Below, one piece after another: positions 50,476 through 59,982 of a stretch of 64,000 bases of DNA. Under the pieces are notes generated by a model, which was given only the letters and a program-made list of their open reading frames with translations, ran no database searches and was not told the origin of the DNA. Source of the DNA: an uncultured Acidobacteriota bacterium (GTDB lineage: Bacteria; Acidobacteriota; Vicinamibacteria; Vicinamibacterales; SCN-69-37); assembly GCA_963764505.1 (NCBI GenBank), contig CAVXSP010000001.1, forward strand, positions 2,036,614 through 2,100,613. Direction: 5' to 3'. Position numbers and translations under genes: made by a program. Every line of letters begins with the position of its first letter. Positions within the stretch are counted from its first letter, which is position 1.

Positions 50476-50688
50476 TTATGCGTGCTTCTTGATCTTGTGG
50501 ACCGCCATCTTGCGGCTCAGCGTGTTCCGATGCAGGCCCGTGATCTTCGCCGCCCGGCAGACGTTGTAGTTGGTCTTGGCGAGCGCGCGCGTGAGGAAGA
50601 CCCGTTCGAACTCCTGCTGAGCGTCCTCGAACCTGATGCCGCGGTCGATCATCTGCTGCACGAGATCGGCGAGGTGGTCACGGAGCAT
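50476..50688 (-). CDS. Fis-family helix-turn-helix DNA-binding protein
   Basis: Intact 70-aa ORF, FEDAQQEFERVFLTRALAKTNYNVCRAAKITGLHRNTLSRKM. This is the C-terminal HTH typical of Fis/NtrC. Confidence 0.75.
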   Translation of the reverse strand: MLRDHLADLVQQMIDRGIRFEDAQQEFERVFLTRALAKTNYNVCRAAKITGLHRNTLSRKMAVHKIKKHA

Positions 50689-50697
50689 GGGTGATCC

Positions 50698-50728
50698 TAC
50701 GGGCTACGGGCTACGGACGACTACCGGG
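50698..50728. repeat. GCTACGG-family heptamer array (3-4 units)
   Basis: The units are ctacggg ctacggg ctacgga cgactac cggg, between the purC stop (50721-50723) and the fis-like start (50688). It is the same family as 32810-32846 in the opposite orientation. Confidence 0.75.
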
Positions 50729-51629
50729 CGTCGTGCTGATCGAGCTCCCGTCCCGTCAGCAGCCGGTATGCCTCGAGATACTTTTCCCGCGTGTTCATGA
50801 CGACCTCGTCGGGCAGCGAGGGCACGGGCGGCTGCTTGTTCCAGCCAATCTGCTCGAGATAGTCGCGGACGAATTGCTTGTCGAAGCTCGGGGGGGTCGT
50901 TCCCGGTCGATACCGATCGACGGGCCAGAATCTGGACGAGTCGGGCGTGAGAATTTCGTCAATCAGCATCAGATCGGTTCCCCGGAACCCGAACTCGAAC
51001 TTCGTATCCGCAATGATGATGCCGCGCGTGAGCGCGTACTCCACGCCGCGTGCGTAGATCGCGAGCGTCAGGTCGCGAAGGCGCGCGATCTGCGCCGCGC
51101 CGACGATCTCGCCCGCGCGAGCCTCGCTGATGTTCTCGTCGTGTCCGCTCTCCGCCTTCGTCGCGGGCGTGAAGATGGGCCGCTCGAGTCTCGCCGACTC
51201 CTGCAGGCCGGGCGGCAGGGCGATGCCGCATACCGTCGCGCTCTGCCGGTACTCCTTCCAGCCGGAGCCCGAGAGATAACCGCGCGCGACGCACTCGATC
51301 GGCAGCGGGGCGGTCTTGCGGACCAGCATCGCCCGACCGCTCAGCACGTTCGCGTGCTGCCGGGCCGCCGCGGGAAAATCGTCCACGTGGACGGACACGA
51401 GATGGTGCTGCACGAGATCGGCGACCTTCTCGAACCAGAACGCGGAGAGCTGCGTGAGCACGCGTCCCTTGTCCGGGATCCCCGACCCGAGAATGTAGTC
51501 GAACGCCGAGATGCGATCCGTGGCGACGATGAGCAAGTGCTCGCCCAGATCGTAGACGTCGCGCACCTTGCCACGACGCGCGAGCGCCAAGCCGGACAGA
51601 TTGGTTTCGAGAACGACCGCTGACGACAT
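50721..51629 (-). CDS. purC: Phosphoribosylaminoimidazole-succinocarboxamide (SAICAR) synthase
   Basis: ATG 51629 lies inside ORF 50721-51677 (MSSAVVLETNLSGLALARRGKVRDVYDLGEHLLIVATDRISAFD...GYLSGSGWKEY...IIADTKFEFG...LIDEILTPDSSRFW). Confidence 0.9.
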   Translation of the reverse strand: MSSAVVLETNLSGLALARRGKVRDVYDLGEHLLIVATDRISAFDYILGSGIPDKGRVLTQLSAFWFEKVADLVQHHLVSVHVDDFPAAARQHANVLSGRAMLVRKTAPLPIECVARGYLSGSGWKEYRQSATVCGIALPPGLQESARLERPIFTPATKAESGHDENISEARAGEIVGAAQIARLRDLTLAIYARGVEYALTRGIIIADTKFEFGFRGTDLMLIDEILTPDSSRFWPVDRYRPGTTPPSFDKQFVRDYLEQIGWNKQPPVPSLPDEVVMNTREKYLEAYRLLTGRELDQHDAR

Positions 51630-51654
51630 GCTCGGCGAGAGGAATCGAAGCCTA

Positions 51655-52788
51655 TCACTTACCTTCGCGATTCTCAATCGCTTCGGAAGATTTCTTGATC
51701 AGAATTTCTCCGCGCGCGTTGCGCAGCGACACGCGCGGCGCGCCGCTCGCGCCGAAGTCGTGCGCGAGATGCTGCTCCTGATCCCGTTCTTCGGGCTGCA
51801 ACCCGAATTCGCGCGCATCGATCCTGCCGAGCGTCGCGACGGCGTCGATCGTCACGGGCGGCGGTCCGTCGAGCAGCAGGCGCAGCGTGTCGTCGGTCGT
51901 CAGCAGCGTCAGCGGCGCCGCCGCCGAGAGCTGCACTTCGACTTCCGCGCGCCGCACGTCGACGCTCGATCGCGCGCGCGGATCGACGATCGTGATGCGG
52001 CCGTCGGTGCCGCCGATGCGCACCGGGCCCGCCGGCCGGACGAGCGTCACCTCCGCGCGCACCTCGTCGATCTCCACCGGTCCGCCGGCGTCGCTGATGT
52101 GGCACTCGCCGTCGCGCAGATCCAGCGTGACCTCGCGCGCGATACGCGCGAACGAGGCGCGCGACCGCTGCAGGCTCATCTTGACCGCGCCCGCGTCGGT
52201 CACCGCGATCGATCCGTTGCGCTGCGTGCCGGCGACCGTGCCTCGCACGGCCGAGACCGTGACGTCGCCGGCGATGCCGTCCAGCTGCGCGCCGGCGACG
52301 TTCGACACCTCGGCGCCCCCGCCGCCGCTGACGAGCACGGTCAGCCGCGCCGGGAGCCGGACGACGAGCAGGGCGGACTGGCGGACGTCGCGCGGGTAGT
52401 CCATCCTGAGCGTGAGCGCGCTTCCGAGGTCGTCGGTCTGCACCCGGACCCGCCGGGCGTATTCGAGGGCCGTTTGCGGGTCGGGACCGGTCGACCGCAC
52501 GGTCAGCTCGTAGGCGATGTCGGCGCGGGTTTCGCCGACCAGCCGGACGCGTCCCGTCAGCAGGCCGTCCACGCGCAGCTCCGCGAGCTGGGGCGACACC
52601 TCGGCGCTTGCGCGGCTCGTCGCCGTCGCCTGGGCGGCGTTGGCCCGCACGCCCTGGCGCGCCCGGTTCCAGACCCGGGAGAGCGAGAAGCCCGCCTGGC
52701 CGGGAGCCGGCTCGGGCGCCGTCATCTGGTAGGCGATCACGCCCGCCGCGACGAACGCCAGGGCGATGAATAACTCTCGCTTTCCCAT
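51655..52788 (-). CDS. Membrane-anchored beta-helix-like protein (DUF4097 / putative adhesin-like)
   Basis: ATG 52788 lies inside ORF 51655-52845 (MGKRELFIALAFVAAGVIAY, a TM anchor). It is followed by repetitive beta-strand segments (GDVTVSAVRGTVAGTQRNGSIAVTDAGAVKMSL...GPVEIDEVRAEVTLVRPAGPVRIGGTDGRITIV). Confidence 0.6.
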   Translation of the reverse strand: MGKRELFIALAFVAAGVIAYQMTAPEPAPGQAGFSLSRVWNRARQGVRANAAQATATSRASAEVSPQLAELRVDGLLTGRVRLVGETRADIAYELTVRSTGPDPQTALEYARRVRVQTDDLGSALTLRMDYPRDVRQSALLVVRLPARLTVLVSGGGGAEVSNVAGAQLDGIAGDVTVSAVRGTVAGTQRNGSIAVTDAGAVKMSLQRSRASFARIAREVTLDLRDGECHISDAGGPVEIDEVRAEVTLVRPAGPVRIGGTDGRITIVDPRARSSVDVRRAEVEVQLSAAAPLTLLTTDDTLRLLLDGPPPVTIDAVATLGRIDAREFGLQPEERDQEQHLAHDFGASGAPRVSLRNARGEILIKKSSEAIENREGK

Positions 52789-52874
52789 CGACTTGCCGCC
52801 AATCTTATAGTAGAAACATCCAGGCGACGCGCTGCCCGGACGCATGCCGTCAGCTCAACACGCGTCTGGCCTGC

Positions 52875-53906
52875 ATGACCTCCACGCCGCGTCCGCCGGG
52901 GCGCTTCCCCTGGCATACCATTGTCGTGGCCGTGCTCACGGCGGCCCTGCTCTGGCTCTTCTTCCGGAACGTCGACGTCGGCGAGCTGTGGGGGGCCCTC
53001 AGCCGTGCGCACCTGTGGCTCATCGGCCTGGCCGTACTCGTGACGATTCAAACGTACGTCCTGCGCGCCTGGCGCTGGCAGGCGCTCCTGCTGCCGCTCG
53101 GGCGGGCGCGCTTCCGCACCGCCTTTCGAACGACGGTGATCGGCTTCGCAGCCACGTTCCTGCTGCCGGGGCGGGTCGGCGAAGTGCTCCGGCCGTACCT
53201 GCTCGCCCGGCGGGAAGGCTTCAAGGTGCCGTCGACGCTCGCCACGATCGTGGTCGAGCGGCTGCTCGATCTGGCCGCGGTCCTGTTACTCTTCGCGTGC
53301 GCGCTCCCGTTTCTCGGCATCGACGTGGGGCGCGACGTCGAGTGGGCGGGCGGTATCGCCGCCGTGGCGGCGGTCGCCGGGCTGGCGACCCTGTTCGTCT
53401 GCGCCGGCCATCCGGAGCGGCTCGGCCGCCTGGCCGGCTGGGTCACGCGGTGGCTGCCGCCGCGCATTGCGGAAGTGGCCGACCACCTGGTCCGCACGTT
53501 CGCCGAGGGGCTGGCCGTCATGCGGCAGCCGGGGGCCCTCGTGCTGGCGGCCTGCTGGTCGATTCCGTTGTGGCTGTCGATCGCGCTGGGCATCTGGGTC
53601 ACGTCGGCGGCGTTCGATTTGACGTTCTCGTATCTGGGCTCGTTCCTGGTGATGATGTTCCTGGTGGTTGGCGTGGCGGCGCCCACGCCCGGCGGCGTGG
53701 GGAGCTTCCACTACTTCTACCTGCTGGCGGTGACGCGCTTCTTCGGCGCCGACGCCGCGACGGCGGCCGCCGCGGCGCTCGTGCTGCACGCCGTCTCGTT
53801 CGTGCCGGTCACCATCCTCGGCCTGACGTTCATGAGCCAGGACGGACTCTCGCTGGGCCGCCTGAAGAGCCTGCGACCAGCCGCGGAGGCGGCGGAAACG
53901 ACGTGA
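52875..53906 (+). CDS. UPF0104 / lysyl-phosphatidylglycerol-synthase-TM-region family (flippase-like) membrane protein
   Basis: Intact 343-aa ORF with 8 or more TM helices. It carries RAWRWQALL, TTVIGFAATFLLPGRVGEVLRPYLLARREG and APTPGGVGSFHYFYL, blocks typical of this family. Confidence 0.7.
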   Translation: MTSTPRPPGRFPWHTIVVAVLTAALLWLFFRNVDVGELWGALSRAHLWLIGLAVLVTIQTYVLRAWRWQALLLPLGRARFRTAFRTTVIGFAATFLLPGRVGEVLRPYLLARREGFKVPSTLATIVVERLLDLAAVLLLFACALPFLGIDVGRDVEWAGGIAAVAAVAGLATLFVCAGHPERLGRLAGWVTRWLPPRIAEVADHLVRTFAEGLAVMRQPGALVLAACWSIPLWLSIALGIWVTSAAFDLTFSYLGSFLVMMFLVVGVAAPTPGGVGSFHYFYLLAVTRFFGADAATAAAAALVLHAVSFVPVTILGLTFMSQDGLSLGRLKSLRPAAEAAETT

Positions 53907-53908
53907 CG

Positions 53909-54121
<213 letters not shown>

Positions 54122-54138
54122 TACCCGGAGGATCGTCC

Positions 54139-54597
54139 GTGAAGTGCCCGTACTGCGGCCACGCCGGCGACAAGGTGGTCGACTCCCGCGAGAGCAAGGA
54201 GGGCGAGGTCATTCGCCGCCGCCGGGAGTGTCTCGACTGCGGCCGCCGGTTCACGAGCTACGAGCGGATCGACGAGATTCCGTACATGGTCGTGAAGAAG
54301 GACGGCCGCCGCGAGCGCTTCGAGCGGCAGAAGCTGGTCGCCGGCCTGCTGAAGGCGTGCGAGAAGCGGCCGGTCCGCGTCGCGGCCCTGGAGGGAATCG
54401 CCGACAAGGTCGAGATTGCTCTACAGGAGAAGCCGGAGCGCGAAATCTCGACCGAGGACATCGGTGCCTACGTCATGCGGGAGCTGAAGGGCCTCGACAA
54501 GGTGGCGTTCGTCCGGTTCGCCTCCGTCTACCGCAACTTCCGCGATATCGACGAGTTCAAGAACGAGCTGAACGATCTGTTCAGGACGCGGGAATGA
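54139..54597 (+). CDS. nrdR: Transcriptional repressor NrdR
   Basis: Intact 152-aa ORF with a GTG start. It has the zinc ribbon MKCPYCGH...CLDCGRRFTSYE and an ATP-cone (VVKKDGRRERFERQKL...FVRFASVYRNF). Confidence 0.9.
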   Translation: MKCPYCGHAGDKVVDSRESKEGEVIRRRRECLDCGRRFTSYERIDEIPYMVVKKDGRRERFERQKLVAGLLKACEKRPVRVAALEGIADKVEIALQEKPEREISTEDIGAYVMRELKGLDKVAFVRFASVYRNFRDIDEFKNELNDLFRTRE

Positions 54598-55142
54598 TGG
54601 CATCCGGTTTTCGATGGGGCCTGCTGGCCCTGGCCCTCGCGGGGCTGGGCGCGCCGGGGGTCGCCGACATCAAGGTGATGCCGGTCGTCGCGGCCGGACA
54701 CGTGCTCGCCTCGTTCACCGCGCCCGAGGCGTTCACCGATGACAGCCGCGAGCTCGTGCGGAGCGGCGTGCCGCTCATCTTCTCCTATCTGGTCGAGCTG
54801 CGCCGTCCCTCGATCTTCTGGCTGGACCGGAGCGTCGGGCAGGCGAGCGTCACGGCGCGCGTCAAGTTCGACAGCCTCGCATCGGTCTTCCAGGTCACCA
54901 AGGAGCAGGACGGTCACGTCACCTGGTCCAAGAGCACGAGCAAGGAAGACGAGATGCGCGTCTGGGTCACCACCTTCGAGGCGGTGCCCATCACGCCGGG
55001 CGAGGCGCTCGAACCGAACGCCGACTACTACGTGCGCGTGCGTTTGGACGCGCGGCCGCACCTGAAGGTCCTCCTCTGGCCGTTCTGGCCGTTCTGGCGG
55101 ATGGACGCCACGGGCCGGGCCGACTTCACCTTCATTCGCTGA
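54594..55142 (+). CDS. DUF4390-like periplasmic protein
   Basis: ATG 54594 overlaps the nrdR stop (ATGA). The product starts MMASGFRWGLLALALAGLGAPGVA (signal), followed by HVLASFTAPEAFTDDSRELVRSGVPLIFSYLVELRR...YYVRVRLDARP. Its position immediately upstream of an NtrY-like kinase is typical for this family. Confidence 0.6.
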   Translation: MMASGFRWGLLALALAGLGAPGVADIKVMPVVAAGHVLASFTAPEAFTDDSRELVRSGVPLIFSYLVELRRPSIFWLDRSVGQASVTARVKFDSLASVFQVTKEQDGHVTWSKSTSKEDEMRVWVTTFEAVPITPGEALEPNADYYVRVRLDARPHLKVLLWPFWPFWRMDATGRADFTFIR

Positions 55143-55143
55143 C

Positions 55144-57441
55144 ATGTGGCTTCGCGACGAGCCCGCCGCGCCCGAGACGCCGGCCGAGCCGCGCAAGCGC
55201 GTGCTCGACAACCCGCGGGTCATCGCCGCCGCGGCGGCCCTGCTGGCGGCCCTGCTGGTCGGCCTCGCGTGGCTCTCGGCGCGCACGGGCACCGGGGAGA
55301 TCGTCTCGCCGCTGCTCAGCGACGCCCTGCTGTACGTGCTGTACGCCGTCGACCTCACGATCCTCGCGGCGCTGCTGTTCGTGCTGGCGCGCAACCTGCT
55401 GAAGCTGTGGGTCGAGCAGCGCCATGCGGCGCCGTTCGCCCGGTTCCGCGCGAAGCTGGTGGCCGCGCTGCTCGCGATGACGATCGTGCCGGCCGTGCTG
55501 GTGCTCCTGAGCGGCAGCAAGATCATCAGCGACAGCACGCAGCGCTGGCTGAGCGCGCCGGTCGACCAGGTCCTGCAGATCGCGAACGACATCGCCCGCG
55601 AGTACGTGAAGGAGCACCAGACGTCGGTCAGCGACCGCGCCCGGAGACTGGCCGGATCGCTCCCGTCGGCCGTGGTGGCGGCCGGCGACGAGACCGGCCT
55701 CGAGCCGATCCTGCGCGCCGAGCTGGCGACGCTGGCGCGGGGCAAGCTCGAGTGCTATCGCGTGGTGCGATCCCCCGCCGGCGACCTGGAAGTGCGGTTC
55801 GTCGCCGGAGGGGACTCAGGCGTGCTGACGCGCGATTCGGTGCAGGCGTCGGCCGATCGGCTCGCCCTCCAGGCCGTCAGGTCCAGCGCCGAGGCCGCGA
55901 ACCTGGACGAGCTCGACAGCGGCGGGTGGCTCGTCCGGTCGGCGTGGCCGATCCGGAGCGGCGGGCAGAGCGTCGGCGCGATCGTCGTGTCCGAGTGGAT
56001 TCCCGCGGACCTGAAGGCGCAGCTGCGGCGGGCGGCCAGCGAGTACGAGAACTACAAGGCCATCAAGGTCACGCGCGGCTGGCTGGAAGGCGTCTATCTC
56101 GCCCTCTTCGTCATGGTCACGCTGCTCATTCTGGTCAGCGCGACCTGGCTCGGCCTCTACCTCGCGAAGCGGATCACCCGTCCCGTGCAGATGCTGGCGG
56201 AAGGCGCGAAGGCGATCGGCGAGGGCAAGCTGGATCTGCGCATCGAGCCCGAAACCGGAGACGAGCTGGGATCCCTCGTCGAGGCCTTCAACATGATGGC
56301 GGCCGAGCTCCGGAGCAGCCAGGACAAGCTCGAGCAGTCGCGCCGCGATCTGCAGGACAAGAACGTCGAGATCGAGGGCCGGCGCCGCTACATCGAAACG
56401 GTGCTCGAGCGTGTCGCGACGGGCGTGCTCTCCCTCGGTCCGGCGGGCGAGATCCAGACCCTCAACGGCGCCGCGGCGCGGCTGCTCGGCGTCGATCAGA
56501 CGGTGCTCGGCCAGCCGGCGTCGGCCGTCTTCGCGCGCGACGAGCTGCGGCCGCTGCTGCCGCTGCTCGAAGCCGTCTGGCGCCGCGAGCCGGCCGTGGT
56601 GCAGGAGATCACCGTGGCGCGCCAGGACCGCGAGATCCACCTGGCGGCCGCCGCGACCGTGCTGACCGGAGAGGCCGGCCGGCCGGATGGCGCCGTGCTC
56701 GTGCTCGATGACGTCACGCCGCTCATCCGGGCGCAGCGGGTCGCGGCCTGGCGCGACGTGGCGCGCCGCCTGGCGCACGAGATCAAGAACCCGCTCACGC
56801 CCATCCAGCTCAGTGCCGAGCGGCTGCGCCGCAACTTCGCCGCGGCTCCGCCGAACGCGCGGGCGCTGGTCGAGGAGTGCACCGACGCGATCGTGACCGA
56901 AGTCGAGGCGCTGAAGACGCTCGTCGACGAGTTCGCCCAGTTCGCGCGGCTGCGCGGCCCGAGAACGCTGGCGACCGACCTCAACCGGCTCGTGGAGGAC
57001 ACGCTCCGGCTCTACGGCGGCGTGCTCCAGCACGGGACGCTGCGCGTCGAGAGCCGCCTGGCGGCCGACCTGCCGCTCGTCCGGCTGGACACCGAGCAGA
57101 TTCGGCAGGTCATCATCAACCTGGTGGACAACGCCATCGAGGCGCTCGGCGGCCCGTCCGCCTTGGCCGGACCGGACGGCGAGCGGCCCGTCGTCCGCGT
57201 CTCGACCGCCTACGACCGCCGGAACGGCGTCGTCCGGCTCGTCGTGACCGACAACGGACCGGGCGTGCCGACCGCGGATCGCGAGAAGCTGTTCATGCCC
57301 TACTATTCGACCAAGGGGCGCGGCAGCGGACTCGGGCTCGCGATCGTCCGCCGTATCGTGGCCGAGCACGGCGGCGGCATCGACGTCGGCGACGCGACGC
57401 CGAAGGGCACGGCCTTCACGGTCGAGCTGCCGGCGGCGTAG
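55144..57441 (+). CDS. ntrY: NtrY-like sensor histidine kinase (TM-HAMP-PAS-HisKA-HATPase)
   Basis: Intact 765-aa ORF. It has N-terminal TM helices, HAMP (RPVQMLAEGAKAIGEGKLDLRIEP...LGSLVEAFNMMAAEL), PAS, the H-box RLAHEIKNPLTPIQLSAERLRR, the N-box INLVDNAIEA and the G-boxes DNGPGV and GSGLGLAIV. Confidence 0.8.
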   Translation: MWLRDEPAAPETPAEPRKRVLDNPRVIAAAAALLAALLVGLAWLSARTGTGEIVSPLLSDALLYVLYAVDLTILAALLFVLARNLLKLWVEQRHAAPFARFRAKLVAALLAMTIVPAVLVLLSGSKIISDSTQRWLSAPVDQVLQIANDIAREYVKEHQTSVSDRARRLAGSLPSAVVAAGDETGLEPILRAELATLARGKLECYRVVRSPAGDLEVRFVAGGDSGVLTRDSVQASADRLALQAVRSSAEAANLDELDSGGWLVRSAWPIRSGGQSVGAIVVSEWIPADLKAQLRRAASEYENYKAIKVTRGWLEGVYLALFVMVTLLILVSATWLGLYLAKRITRPVQMLAEGAKAIGEGKLDLRIEPETGDELGSLVEAFNMMAAELRSSQDKLEQSRRDLQDKNVEIEGRRRYIETVLERVATGVLSLGPAGEIQTLNGAAARLLGVDQTVLGQPASAVFARDELRPLLPLLEAVWRREPAVVQEITVARQDREIHLAAAATVLTGEAGRPDGAVLVLDDVTPLIRAQRVAAWRDVARRLAHEIKNPLTPIQLSAERLRRNFAAAPPNARALVEECTDAIVTEVEALKTLVDEFAQFARLRGPRTLATDLNRLVEDTLRLYGGVLQHGTLRVESRLAADLPLVRLDTEQIRQVIINLVDNAIEALGGPSALAGPDGERPVVRVSTAYDRRNGVVRLVVTDNGPGVPTADREKLFMPYYSTKGRGSGLGLAIVRRIVAEHGGGIDVGDATPKGTAFTVELPAA

Positions 57442-57444
57442 GCC

Positions 57445-58818
57445 ATGTCCTCCATCCTCATCGTCGACGACGAAGCCGGAGTGCGCGCCTCACTGGGAGG
57501 GGTGCTGCGCGACGAGGGGTACATGGTCGATGCGGTCGACAGCGGGGAAGCCTGCCTGGACCAGGTGGTGCTGCGCCCCTACGACGTCGTGCTGCTCGAC
57601 GTCTGGCTGCCGGGCCTGGACGGGCTGGACACGCTCGAGCGGATGCGGCAGCGCCGCGTCGACGCGCAGGTCATCATGATTTCCGGGCACGGCAGCGTCG
57701 AGTCGGCCGTGAAGGCGACGAAGCTGGGCGCGTTCGACTTCCTCGAGAAGCCGCTGGCCCTCGAGAAGACCGTGCTGACCGTCCGGAACGCGCTCCGGCA
57801 GCGCCGGCTCGAAGTGGAGAACACGACGCTCCGCGCGCGCGTCGGCGCGCCGCCGACCGTGATCGGCAGCAGCAAGGTCATGCTGCGCCTGCGCGAGCAG
57901 ATCGTCATGGCGGCGCCCACCAACGGACGCGTGCTGATTGCTGGGGAGAACGGCACGGGCAAGGAGTTGGTCGCGCGGCAGATTCACGCGCTGAGCCACC
58001 GCCACGGCTCTGCCTTCATCGAGGTCAACTGCGCGGCGATCCCCGAGGAGCTCATCGAGTCGGAGCTGTTCGGGCACGCCCGCGGCGCGTTCACCGGCGC
58101 GGTCGCCGACCGGCGCGGCAAGTTCGAGATGGCCACCGGCGGCACGCTGTTCCTCGATGAGGTCGGCGACATGAGCCTCAAGACGCAGGCCAAGGTGCTG
58201 CGGGCGCTGCAGGAGCAGGTGGTCGAGCCGGTCGGCGGGCCGGCCGGCGTCCGGGTCGACGTCCGGATCATCGCGGCGACGAACAAGGACCTGGTGGAGG
58301 AGATCCGCGCCGGCCGCTTCCGGGAGGACCTCTACTTCCGCTTGAACGTCATTCCGATCCACGTGCCGCCCCTGCGCGAGCGCGGCGACGATATCCTCCG
58401 CCTGGCGGAGCATTTCGTCGCGGAGTTCGCGCGCGAGTACGGACGCCGCCCCAAACGGTTCCGGCAGGACGCGCTGCGCATCCTGCAGGGGTACGCATGG
58501 CCAGGCAACGTGCGGGAGCTCCGCAACGTGATCGAACGGCTCATGATCATGGTCTCGGGCGACCTCATCGTCGCGTCGGACTTGTCGTTCCTGGACTCCA
58601 CGCTCATGCTGCCGCAGCCGCCCGCCGCGCCGATCGACGTCCGGCCGCTGTATACCGCGCGCGACGCCTGGGAGCGCGAGTACATCCTCGGGGCGCTCGC
58701 CGTGTTCGACGGCAACATCTCCCGCACCGCGGACACGCTCGGCATCGAGCGCAGCAATCTCTATCGCAAGATGCGGAGTCTCGGCATCGCGCTCGGACGG
58801 CGGGAGGAGGACAACTGA
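57445..58818 (+). CDS. ntrX: Sigma-54-dependent response regulator (NtrX/NtrC family enhancer-binding protein)
   Basis: Intact 457-aa ORF. It has a receiver domain (ILIVDDEAGVR...DVVLLDVWLPGLDG), an AAA+ domain (GENGTGKELVARQIH, GAFTGA, LFLDEVGDM, RFREDLYFRLNV) and a C-terminal Fis-type HTH (NISRTADTLGIERSNLYRKM). Confidence 0.85.
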   Translation: MSSILIVDDEAGVRASLGGVLRDEGYMVDAVDSGEACLDQVVLRPYDVVLLDVWLPGLDGLDTLERMRQRRVDAQVIMISGHGSVESAVKATKLGAFDFLEKPLALEKTVLTVRNALRQRRLEVENTTLRARVGAPPTVIGSSKVMLRLREQIVMAAPTNGRVLIAGENGTGKELVARQIHALSHRHGSAFIEVNCAAIPEELIESELFGHARGAFTGAVADRRGKFEMATGGTLFLDEVGDMSLKTQAKVLRALQEQVVEPVGGPAGVRVDVRIIAATNKDLVEEIRAGRFREDLYFRLNVIPIHVPPLRERGDDILRLAEHFVAEFAREYGRRPKRFRQDALRILQGYAWPGNVRELRNVIERLMIMVSGDLIVASDLSFLDSTLMLPQPPAAPIDVRPLYTARDAWEREYILGALAVFDGNISRTADTLGIERSNLYRKMRSLGIALGRREEDN

Positions 58819-58819
58819 C

Positions 58820-58890
58820 GAAGCCAGAAGCCAGAAGCCAGAAGCCAGAAGCCAACCCCGGAACCCGGAACCCCGGAACCCCGGAACCCG
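58820..58890. repeat. GCCAGAA heptamer array (5 units) directly followed by a CCCGGAA(C) 7/8-mer array (4-5 units)
   Basis: 58820-58854 holds gaagcca x5, starting 2 nt after the stop at 58816-18. 58856-58890 reads ccccggaa cccggaa ccccggaa ccccggaa cccg. The arrays sit between convergent genes (the minus-strand stop is at 58895). Confidence 0.9.
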
Positions 58891-58894
58891 TCGT

Positions 58895-59778
58895 CTACAA
58901 TCGATTTTCCAGTATCCGCTCCTCGGCCGGTCCGGCGAGCTGAAGCGCGTGCGTGGCATCCGGAGGCAGCGCCGCGGCTGGCACGAGGCCGACAATCTCG
59001 CTGTTCGCCACCGAGGCGCCCCGGCGCGCGGCTTCCTCCTGGACGCGCGTGAAGACGACGGCGAGCGGCGTCGCCCCGTAGTCGGTCAGGTTCATCGAGA
59101 CCTGCACCAGCCGCTGCTCCGGCAGGTCGACCGCCATCGCCTTCACGTGCTTCAACCCGCCGGAGCTCTCGCGCACGGCCGCGGCGACCGCCTTGGCGAG
59201 GGTCAGGTCGGAGGTGCGGAGGTTGACGTTGTACGCAATCAGAAGCGGTCTCGCGCCAACGACCGATGCGCCCGCCGATGGATGGGGTTCGGCGGGGCCG
59301 AAGTCCGGCCGCCAGGCCTCATCGCGCATTTTCACGGCGAGCCCCTCGAACCCGCCCCGCCGGATGTCCTCGAGCAGCCGGCGGTCGCGCCGGACGGCGG
59401 CCTCGCCGTAGAGGAAGATCGGGAGGTTGAACCGGTCTGCGACCGCCGCGGCGACCCGCCGCGCCAGCGTGACGGCGTCCGCCATGCTCGCGCCCGCCAG
59501 GGGGACGAACGGCACGACGTCGACGGCGCCGAGCCGGGGGTGCGCGCCCGAGTGGCGGCGAAGGTCGATGAGCTCGACGGCGCGCTCGAACAAGGCGAGC
59601 ACGGCTGATTCGAGGGCGTCGGCGGCGGCGGCGAACGTGTACACCGTACGGTGATGGACGGCGTCCGAGCTCACGTCGAGCAGCCGCGCCCCGCCGGATC
59701 GAATCGCGTCCGCGCACGCCCCGATCACCTCGGCGCGCCGCCCCTCGCTGACGTTCGGCACGCATTCGATGAGCGACA
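58895..59778 (-). CDS. Glutamate formimidoyltransferase (FtcD N-terminal domain type)
   Basis: ATG 59778 lies inside ORF 58895-59848 (MSLIECVPNVSEGRRAEVI...HHRTVYTF...HPRLGAVDVVPFVPL...AYNVNL...). The upstream part of the listed ORF is only translated heptamer repeats. Confidence 0.8.
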
Positions 59779-59802
59779 TGGCGGGGTTGTAGCACAGACC
59801 AA

Positions 59803-59928
59803 GCAATCGGCAATCGGCAATCGGCAATGGGCAATCGGCAATCGGCAATCGGCAATGGGATCGACAATACCGATTACCGATTACCGATTACCGATTACCG
59901 ATTACCGATTACCGATTACCGATTACCC
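59803..59928. repeat. Dyad of two heptamer arrays: CAATCGG x~8 followed by TTACCGA x~8 (near-inverted)
   Basis: 59803-59865 reads caatcgg x3, caatggg, caatcgg x3, caatggg, atcgaca. 59866-59928 reads ataccga, ttaccga x7, ttaccca. The second array equals the reverse complement of the first apart from one transition per unit. It fills the divergent intergenic region between 59778 and 59983. Confidence 0.95.
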
Positions 59929-59938
59929 ATTCCCTGAG

Positions 59939-59969
59939 CTTGTACCCGCCGGCCATTCCCGCTATAATC
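59939..59969 (+). promoter_or_regulatory. Possible sigma-70-type promoter (TTGTAC-N19-TATAAT)
   Basis: A perfect TATAAT at 59964-59969 lies 14 nt upstream of ATG 59983. The -35-like ttgtac at 59939-59944 has over-long 19-nt spacing. Confidence 0.3.
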
Positions 59970-59982
59970 TCTCCACGTCCTG

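Noticed and set aside
55144-58818. Histidine kinase and sigma-54 EBP as the PEP-CTERM regulators PrsK/PrsR
   Set aside because: The kinase H-box (LAHEIKNPLTPIQLSAERLRR), its HAMP-PAS layout and the DUF4390 gene immediately upstream fit the NtrY/NtrX arrangement better. A PrsK/PrsR assignment would need profile searches.
55816-58995. Long minus-strand ORFs 55816-57369 and 57490-58995
   Set aside because: They are antisense to the intact ntrY-like and ntrX-like genes and are low-complexity translations.
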